Shown in pieces: positions 53,875 to 64,000 of a stretch of DNA of 64,000 nucleotides. Made by a program: the position numbers and the translations under genes. The notes beneath the pieces were generated by a model. That model was not told the origin of the DNA. It saw only the letters and a list, made by a program, of their open reading frames with translations, and searched no databases. The stretch spans positions 62,062,001 to 62,126,000 of the forward strand of contig OZ260665.1 of NCBI GenBank assembly GCA_965285935.1. The letters run 5' to 3'. Every line of letters starts with the position of its first letter. The first letter of the stretch is position 1. The DNA comes from Ophelia neglecta. Taxonomy: Eukaryota.

Positions 53875-54169
53875 TAAATAACAAAGCGATACACTAACAC
53901 TGCTAAATAAATATATATGTATACTCGTAAACACCGAAACCCACTTAATTGTTTCAACCAATACTTTACAGGAGCAGGGTTACGCGTTTGGGGGGGGGGA
54001 GGGATTAGCCCTCCACTACAACGCTTGGCGAAAGGGGGGTCGTTTATTATGTAGGATCGCTTTGCAGATGGGGCCTTGTAAAAGTTAGTTCCATCAGTTC
54101 TAGTGACAAAAGTGATTTTTGTGCTGCGAGAATCCCGCCTAATTCTTATTTTTTCGATAAGTTAATTTG

Positions 54170-54405
54170 AGCATGCCATTGACCTTTTTCAAGCCTGGGA
54201 TATCGGCAAGCAGTGATGCTGTTCCTGCTGAGCTATTTAAAGGCGCCAAAACACATTTAATCCAGCCACTCAGGCATTTGCTGAATTATACATTGGGCAC
54301 CAGGATATTTCCAAATTGCCTTCAAATGGTATTCATTACCGGTCCCTAAGCCTAGCTCACGTAAAGAACCAAATAATTACAGGCCAATTACCATATTACC
54401 GGGAA
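54170..54405 (+). mobile_element. LINE RT N-terminal fragment
   Basis: KPGISASSDAVPAELFK...L.HLLN......FP, then after a frameshift PVPKPSSRKEPNNYRPITILP, the classic pre-RT/domain-1 segment. Confidence 0.85.
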
Positions 54406-56868
54406 TTGTGGCTCTGACCTATTTCTAAATAGATAGGTGACTTAGTTACCTACTTAAAAACTGAAGATGGTATCGTCCTTGACGGAAACACCATTTCGAT
54501 AACCTGTTGACGCCCGACGACTTGATTTCAATGGCTAACTCACTTGAAGCGTAACATCAACATATGAAAGGCCTACATAAGTGCATGTAACAAAAACAAT
54601 CTATTAATCGCGGACAATTTTAATTAATTGGTCTCCTTACACAAATATTTCAAAGACAATACCGTAACTGAGAATAGTACAATTCTAGTTTTGTTCATTT
54701 GATTATAACAAGACTAACTGCGAATACTCATCTGTACAATGCCATTGGTGTTTTACTAAGTCGCGGGTAAAAGTCCCTCGTATAAGTCGTTCGATTTAAT
54801 GTATGTACTCCTGATCGCAGGCGTTTATATACCCTCGCTGATTGTGCCTTTGGGCGCTTTCTAATTTCGGCTTTGGATATTTTTTTTTTTTTTTTTAAAT
54901 CAATTTATTGTCACATATACTTACATATTACATACAATATATATTGACATTACGGTCACGATATAAACACATCCATGTATTATTATGCATTTGGATATTG
55001 CACCAGATAACACGATAAGGGATGGTTTAATAAAATGTGGTGGATTAACCACACTTGGTCTAAATCATTTTTTAAAACAAAAAAATAGGTTTCACAAAGA
55101 AAAGATTATCGTTAAATATTTTTTTATAATTATGTGAAGAAAACATAATATACCGTTTTTTAAAATTGCTTGACGACCCAGCTCAAACAAACGTAAACAT
55201 ACTTGTATCCCTCTTCTTAAACAAGGACGATGCATAAGTGCCTTCTATGTTTTTATCTTCAATCGTTTTGTATGTAACTATTTATATCAACAGACTGTTT
55301 CAACTTCCAGTCAGTACCATGTTTCGCCTACCGCCAAATGTTATTGTTTTGGGACATAAATAACTTTCCTGCGTTATATGAAACAAATAAAAGTTACCCT
55401 AAACATAGCAGGAGTGGTAATTAAGGTTTGCGAAAAACAGCCTACATATATTTTCTAGCCCAGTTTAAAATTCGTTGAATTGGAATAAAGGTTTCAATAT
55501 AGACTGCATGGACTAAATACAGTTACTGATAAGTAATACAATCAAGATTCCGTACACAGAAGAATTTCAGTAGATGGAACATTCGTGCTGTACTTAATAT
55601 TATGTGAAAATATATAATATAATACACCTGTTTGTATGTACAATATAGTTTTTTTTTCAGGAAAGCATGTTGGATGAACAGAACAAATTTATGCTACATA
55701 GATTATTTTCTAAATAATTCCATTTGAAAAATATAAGTGACTCAAAGAAACCTGTTGAGTATGCATTTTCTACGATATTGATATTTTTTTACACTATAAC
55801 ATGACATAATATTAATCCCTATCTTCCTCGCTGTATTTATACAAATTTTGCTTTCACTGTTAAATTATTCGAGATTCTCTGTAATTCCCTTGGCAAATTT
55901 AGACCGCTGACACACGACATTTACAGAACAGCGCAGGCAAGTCGACCAAATTAATCACACACGTACCAGTAGTCGCTTCCCTCTGTTTGATATATCATAT
56001 GCGTTGGTGCCTTTGATCGAACCTATTAGATTACTGCTAAGCGAGTGTATCGTGCATCTTAATTGGGGTCCCGTGTCATGTGCCCAACTGGCTTCTTGAC
56101 ACTGGTCATGCTCAACTATGGCGGAGAAATATTGCTGCTTACTTAAAATGATATTTCAGAAGATATACTGTATACCAACAATCGCAGGGATTATCTTAAA
56201 CTCGGTAGCTACATTTATCTGAAGCCCCGAATGTATCAAAACTAATCATTGGTAAGCTTTGGTACGTAAAATAAGAACCACACGGCCTCTTATCTGAAAA
56301 CCGACTGGCCCGGAAATGGTGCAGACTACCACAATGAGTATTGGCAGGATATCTACATAAGTACACACATCTCATTTTCGACTTGGCCTGTTTCCCCACA
56401 GATTAGTCGGTTTTTTTCGTAAAGGATCTCCCCTAACAATTACACGAGCAATATGCTTGACAAGTGAGACACGAATCCTAGTGTCTCATCGTCCCTAGGG
56501 ACATTGCTCGTTTTTCGAGTGCCAACATGCAATGACACTAGGTTGAGCAAAATGGTCTTATTGTGATAATGCAATATACCAGAGTCCGAAGCTATGATGA
56601 GGCACATCAATACAACGAGTAGGAGGATGTCAGCTTAGCATTTAATATGACACGGTCCTAGAACTACGGTAAGCCTTCTTACCGGTGTGTATTAAACTGC
56701 AATGCACTTGGCTAGTTGGGCAGCATCCTAGACAGAACTACATGATATCCGCATGATAAATTTTACACAACATGATTTATCAACTTGGGCGATGATTAAC
56801 AAGCCTACTCACTTTGTGTTAGTTTCAAAGCAAAACATTTCTCAGACCCAATATGAAGACCCAATTAT

Positions 56869-57285
56869 TGCCTCGGTCGCATAAGCTCCGATTTTGAAAA
56901 AGGCTTTCAACGCGGAATATAGGCAATAATACGCCGATTTAAAAGAAATAATCAGAGGTCATCCGGCGGGGAGGAGAAAGGGCACTGTGGGGAAATCTTG
57001 AAGTCACCCTGCGGTGTCCGTAGGCAACTTACGCTCATCGCACGAGTTTTTAATTTTATTCCTGGACGGTTTCCGGGAGGTTTATCACCAACCCGTAAGG
57101 ATGCCGTTGGGTCATCCGGAGGCGCCCGTGCGTCTCCCAAAATCCGAGTGGGTATTGTCCGTTGTTTGGCCCGAGTTTGGAGCCCAGGAGCAAAGGGGAA
57201 ATCCGCCGATACCTCATCTTTGGCCGGCAAATGTGAAAATCGAGACAATGTTAAATAAATATTGAGCGGTGCGATTTATAGCCAT
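56869..57285. mobile_element. GC-rich island, probably an old Harbinger-like non-autonomous element
   Basis: Abrupt GC/CpG-rich block with motifs resembling the 53-kb MITE interior (tccggaggcgcc, aaatccg). The termini are only weakly inverted. Confidence 0.3.
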
Positions 57286-59184
57286 AAATATATTACCTAT
57301 CTAAAGTGTAAAAATGAGGAACTATTGATACATTAGTTGGGTCCAAAATCCTCGGGGACCAACAGCTGTCAGCCGCAGGCCTACAAACATCAATCCCCAT
57401 CGATACGTTATATCGGCCGGTTTATTATGAAGTTTTACCAACCGGGAAAATACACTAATACACTGATTAATACCAAAAGACATGCATTATTCAATATGAG
57501 CTTGAAATGCTATACAGACTTGACCTCATCAATTGTTAATCGTGTATTCAATACATCACTGTTCTTGTCAGGCAATAAGACAGAACGAAATTCAATCCGA
57601 TGTACACGCTGAGATGTTCTTATTTGAAGACACGGCAGATATTTACGATAATTATTGGCGAATGGTTTATTTCACACCCTTTTCCCCAATTTGACCTGTT
57701 TTCCGATAAAAGAGTCCAGTTGGTCAAAGTATATCAATTTATCACCAAATTGGTAAAGCCTCACACGGACAACATACAAATAAAACCAAAATAAAGAGTA
57801 ATGACTATATTCTCTTGTAAGCAATTACCAACAGCAGATAAACAAACAAAATTTGATAAAGCTGGCAATGGGAAAGTCAGCAGCTGTCAGTGATGCCAGT
57901 GATGTCTGAACTCACAGCAATTCAGCCAGTAGTCAACACAGAACAAAGATGATATACCCCTTACGGGAGCCTGCGGTTGACTAAGCTCTCACAATAATGT
58001 GATATTATAGATTGATATCTCGGTTAACGTAATAAGGTGTATGTGACTTGTTTGGATTTAACACCATGGCCACGGAATTCAAATAGTTGCCGAACATTTC
58101 AACCAATGCTGGGATAATGAAGAACAGAGCATCGAAGAACAAGAAACATTATGATACATTATTCTTTTCTCTGGCCGTTTTACTTCATATAAAATACGAT
58201 TGTTAATAGGTTGGAACTATAGCATATTGACGAAATCTTGCTCCAACACACAATGTATACATACTGTGTAGGGATACAGATATACACCATCGACTACGTG
58301 GCTTGACCGTATTAATATATCCCCCCGAGAATGACCTGAGAATCATCAATAAGAATTTAACTCTAAGAGCATGATGTGAACAAAGGAAAGTAACTGTATA
58401 ATTACTTTAACTTGCCAGGAGTGATATAGGAGTGACCGTTACAAAAACAAGTAGCTCGCGGCAATCCCCTATATTTAGGAGTAAGGAGAGACATTAATGA
58501 TTTGCGTCCCAAACATTTGGCTAATACAAACACAGGTAACTGTATCTGTAACTGTTGAAACACCCTTTGATGGTACGTGTTCCCCAACTTGATGTTCTCT
58601 ACAATGAAATCCATAAGTAAACACAACCCCACGACTACAATATAGTTGTCTTCGGCAAAACTAGCCTTGTATACTATCTCCTGTACCTTTTATCTTCGAG
58701 GAGAATTCCCCGGTCATGGTCTGCTAATGCATGGGTTTTATTGGTTCTACGACACACCTGGCTGAGAGGCAATATATATATATATATACGTGTATATAGC
58801 ATCTCGACAGGTGTGTAAGACAGGTTTATTCGTTTACAAACTTGTTTCACGTAACATTCTTTTTCGGAACACGCTTCCGAAATAAACGAAATGCACTAAA
58901 TTCTTAAGTACATAATTTTCAAATACTTTCATTGGCGATAAAAAAATATAGGTTTCCTGAGATGCTCTTTTACAAGCACTACATAAAAAGAAGACTAAAG
59001 ATTAATTGGTTGCAATCAACATATCGTCCACAATTTACAAAACTATTGATCATGACCAAAAAAATAATAGAAGTTATTTTAGCAATGTTTTATTTTGCTC
59101 ATTAGGTATAATTTATTATTTCTGCCATAAGGTATAATTTATTAATATACAATAAATAATAGTAAAAATTGTCATTAAGTAATA

Positions 59185-59545
59185 AGGCGACTGGTTTGTA
59201 GTCCAACCAGCAGTGCATTGCAGTATTCAATATTTGGTGGTACAAGAGACTGCTTCATGTGTAAGCGTTTCCCTCACACTGTCAATATTACGTAAATGGT
59301 ACGTCGCTGCTCTAATGGTGCTCCCCGATCTGTGGAACCATTGACATTGTTGGATCCATCATCACGCCGAAGTTTCTCGTGGGAACCTGTGTGATGCTTA
59401 CTGTGACGACATAAAAAGGGGCCAACATCACCAGTTTTAAGATGTCAGGATTCCTCACAGACCAGCACCACAGTCTTGTCTGAGTTGAGCTTCAGCCTAC
59501 ACAAAGCCATCCATTGGTGGACCTCTAAAGGGCAATTCTCAATAT
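59185..59545 (-). mobile_element. L2-clade LINE RT C-terminal fragment
   Basis: ENCPLEVHQWMALCRLKLNSDKT, RNFGVMMDPTMSM.PQI and SLV...IEYCNALLVGL match the L2 motifs WMxxNxLKLNxDKT, RNLGVxxDxxLS and LDYCNSLLxGL. Confidence 0.88.
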
Positions 59546-62500
59546 TTTAAACACCGGTGTGGACCTCGGAGGTGCTACAGTGTTGACCTAATGACAGTAG
59601 GTTTTACTTTCGACATGGTTGTCTGTTTAGGTCACATATAAAGAATTGCCGCCTGAAGATTATTTGAAGCTCTCCATTTATCTACCAAGAAGTCATAGTT
59701 TTATTAATGCTAAGACAATGTACTGTAAATTATTTTGCGAAGATATAATACATATCACCTCCTTTTGACTAGTTTCAAATATTACCAAGTTAACTGCTAG
59801 TTTTGTATTAAATGTAGGTGCCTCCCACTGACACTAAATTTCTTTTATTGTGAATGCATATTTAAATTGTATTTCTGATATTTTTAGCAAAATATATGTG
59901 ATTGATTCTGGTTCTGTATCTGCTGTCCCATGTCTGCTATCAGTTTCCACCGCTGTGCTAGCCACCCCCAGGGCTATGTGCTACGGCCCATTACCTCGCT
60001 TTCGAATAAAGTACAGTATTGGCCAAACGCCGGTTACGCTGGTGTGGGTCACCAGTGGACATGGCCATGAACCGTAACACAGTACGAGAAAGGCACTGCG
60101 TTGCTTCGACATGGCCAGACCGGAAGGAAAGCAGAATTCAACGCTTTATACCTTGAACACTGAACCACAGTTCCCATACCTATTATCTTGCGTGAGAATA
60201 ACGGGCATCTTTGACCATTTCGAAAAAACTCAATTGTGCGAGCAACTTTAGAGTACGTATATACCAACTGTTGGACTTAGTAGCCATATCAACCATAAAA
60301 TACGACATGAAAAAGCTATAAAAGTGAATGGAGTATGATCCTTATACCCAACAAAAGAGGTGCAACAATACTTTGTCAAAGACGAAAACCCATGCATTGG
60401 CTCGGCCCTATACAATAAACCAATAGTGTTTTGTCTAGCCAAGCGCATTTATAATTATATATGTTAAGCGGAAATTTTTATAATATTTTACGCCGGGTTT
60501 TAATGTGTATAAACCGATAACCTTTTTCCACTGCAAGAACTATATATCATTCATTAATCATGTATGTATGGGTGCAATTTCAGTTTGTCGCCCATTTGTA
60601 ATGGAGGAATTAGACATTCTCTTGAATATTCGTTTTATGTGTGCTCTACTTCACAGTCAGTACCACTATAACTGACCCCTCGTCATTCCACTAACTACAG
60701 GTTTTATTTTAATATATGGCTTAATTATACTTTTTCATAAATATTTATGATAACCAGGACTCGACTTTGTACTCTTGAATGTTAATTATATTGGTAGTGA
60801 ACTGAAACGACACGGTCAAGGTTAAACAATACCGGATGTACGGGTTGAATAATAAGTATGTATAAACACACTTCTCGTCGAGACTTCCTCGAAAGAAGGG
60901 CGGCTGCCTGAAATACAAACTGGGTTGCCATATCCCAAAAGACACCAACACTGCCGCAGGTAGAAATACAATAACACCACATGACTTCACATTTCCCACT
61001 TAAAAGGTTATTTAATATACATCTTCAGGGCTTCTGTTCTAGAGTTTTGTTTATAAGCAGTGTGTTGCAATTTTATGCCCTATCCTTTAAGACTTTGGCT
61101 TATTTCTTGATCTTAGTTTAAATTCGAAACATTTTCAATTGGCACTTCTTATTTTGAACAGTCGTGAATAGATGTGGCATCAAAATGAATTCGATGAGTA
61201 TTTCAACCTTTAAGTCGGGCAAGTTGGCATAGACGACGGAGACTGATGGTTAACCGACACCGAACCCGTATAAGTCACCTGTCGATTGGATGCACTTTTC
61301 GTGAAGGCATATACAAGAGTATATACGAACCTTTTTTGCGCACATCGAGTCTGCAGCAATGGACGATCATAGGCATACAAGCAATACAGACAGTAAACTG
61401 ATTCAGAATTGCACACTCTGACAGCCTTTCCAGGACAGTGCTTTACTAATTGGGTCTGAGCCTTAGCAACTTTACCAGGACGGTACATATATTCATGTCA
61501 TCTTCAAAGCTTTACTGAGTCTGAACTTAATACAACTCTTGAAATATAAATGTCCAAGGGTTACCCTGGCAGCGCCATGAATTAGGCAGACCCATCCCGG
61601 AATATGCTCACATTGATTTTGATAATTGCAATGGTGAGCTTAGTTGCTTGTTGGAAAAGATTCTTAAGCCCCGCGACTGGTCTCCCAATTCTCCTCGCGG
61701 GTAACTCATGGTTCACTTTTGATGGAAACAATTTGGTTTATTTGGCCGACAGGTCTCTCGCCGCTTAATTTTTCATGCTAACTATATTTTGCGGTTCCTG
61801 ATACTTTTCTGCTCATTTCACACGTCATTCTACCGCTTACTAAAATACTCGATCACTTTCAAACAGGTATCTGAGAATTCCTAAGGCTAGGAACATGACC
61901 TTCACTAAAAAAATTCCTGCATAGTATTGGTTGGGTCATTAGAGACATTTTCATATCATCATATTAATATCATGCTTTAATTTTATAGTTTGAGATAAAA
62001 ATAAAAGGATTTTACTGATCAATTGTTTAGGTAAGATGTCCCTCCATAAGCCAAATGGAATAATTAACAACTCCAATATGTCCGAACAACACGACTAAAT
62101 GTTCGAACCATGTTAATATATGAGTGTTAACACTATATCACTTTCCTTAATATTATCTTTTCGTTTTGATTGTGTTTTATTTGTTACATGTTTATTTACT
62201 GTTTGGGAACTGGACTTTAATTTATTGATGTGCCTGGTGCTGTTTCTGATGAATTCTGACCTATTTTATGGACTATTCTCAACTAATGAGTTAGATTTGT
62301 CTGCCGGTTCTCCACTCCCGTTGTTAGTAGCTCGATATGGCTTAACCTGGCGATGATTTTGATGTTTAACTCATTTCGGTCAAAATGGCACTAAGACACA
62401 TAGGCCATTTAGGTATTATTTAAATGATAAATTGCGTTAAATATCGAAATCATACAGACATATGTCATTGAGTGGTTTGTACATTGTACCTTTTTTTCTG

Positions 62501-64000
62501 AATGAGGCGTTTCAAATTTGACTCCTAGGAATTTTCAATGAAAGTTAGGTTACATTAATAATGTGATTGAAAGAAATTGAAGCTAGTGTCTGATATCAAA
62601 TCAAAAGGTTTTGAGCATCAAACATACTGAGGCATTAAACTTTTTGTTTTTGATATAATTCTAAGAAGGAACGTTCAGTACCAGCTTTTAATAATTACCT
62701 GACTTACACACACAGTCAAATTTTATTGCACATGGCCCGGTTCTCATTTGATTGTGGCTATTCTCATCTCGCTTGATAAAGTATTTAATGTCGTACCCAC
62801 ATACACGGCTTCAGCGACGTAATAAGCTCCCTTAGGCAACAGGTGTAGAGCTCTCATCACTAAGCATCTATTCAAATAATTCATCAGGAAACGATTCCTC
62901 TGGCAGATTGTTTTTTTTCGGCCATCAGCATGTGATGCTGCCACCAACCATGTTTAGTTATTATCGGCAATTGCCGTCATAATAACGGTGCTATTTGGCA
63001 CATTAATCAGCAGAATGCGTGAGGCTAGATTTTAGCGTGTAAGCCTAATGGGCCAGCATAATGTAGATACTATTGACAAAGAAACTGGTAATTGCTGCAG
63101 TAAGGGGCTCTGGGCCACTATTATCTCTTCAACTAGATTAAACAATACTGGTTAGCGTCTATTTTTTAATTTATTTCTACTATATTTCTAGACTTATTTG
63201 TAGCTATACTGCCAGATTGATTAGGTGTGCCAATTTAAGTATAGTGCCAATTATCTATTGCAATTCAATTGATATTGTTGGCAAATTCTCCAACATATAC
63301 ATGAATAACAAATAACAAAAACAAAAACAGGAACCACAAAGACACAATTAAATCGCATGACACAGCCGGAAAATAATACATTCTTATAATGATTTCATTA
63401 ACATTATTATTATATCACATATTGCTTGTTGTCAAGGGTTTTATTTAAGTAGTGGCAATTATCCATAATTTAGTAATTATTATTTTTTATTATAGTTTAT
63501 TTTCCAAGGAAATTTTATATTTTGCATTTTTGCGGCGCTTCCTGGTGGATCGCTGCTCACCCTATGTGTTCTGAGTGGGTGGTGAGCCGGCAGCTTTGAC
63601 GCAAGAATATTTTCTACTTTGATTAACATGACGCACTTTTTACGAAGATATCAAGCCTGGCAGAATGAATGTTCGCTTCGATAGTTCGGGAAATCCTGCA
63701 TACCATGAGAAAAAAATGACATTTCTACATTATCAACCAAACAATTCAAAGCATAACAAACAACTTCCATGCCCTCGTGCAGATTTACGTTGTATTATGT
63801 TTGTTTGATGACTATTCAAACCATTATCATTTTTCAGATTACGAACACAATGTTGCGACCAAAGCAGAATGAATGGAGGCTCATGAACTTTAACAAGTAC
63901 GACTGCTTATCTAACAGTATTGATAAACATTGACTTCCTATAGCGTTTCTTACCAGTAGATGATACCTTCACTGTAACCATGGCTGTACCTCCCCACACG

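Noticed and set aside
58402-58632. HSYITP resembling the L2 HITP motif, and a possible LINE 3' relic at 61210-61490
   Set aside because: Single short motifs that could arise by chance.

Overview
AT-rich, gene-poor animal genomic DNA, most likely a non-chordate marine invertebrate such as a lophotrochozoan (inference). One clear gene is present: a minus-strand class A neuropeptide GPCR of the luqin/RYamide-receptor type. It has two coding exons (16523-15684 and 5390-4887; 447 aa) separated by a 10.3-kb phase-0 GT-AG intron, a probable upstream non-coding exon and a two-codon uORF just before the start codon. About 1 kb past the stop codon lies a decayed same-strand copy of the ECL3/TM7/helix-8 part of the last exon. 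The rest is intron and intergenic DNA containing transposon relics: CR1/L2-type LINE fragments, a degraded piggyBac transposase, a PIF/Harbinger MITE with TIRs and TAA TSD, a possible solo LTR and a foldback-like element. Minisatellites include a 53-bp palindromic array whose two arms partly co-vary. There are no prokaryotic features, no CRISPR array and no tRNA/rRNA. All calls are by eye, with no database searches; I see no strong evidence for a wholly new system, and the best leads are listed as findings.
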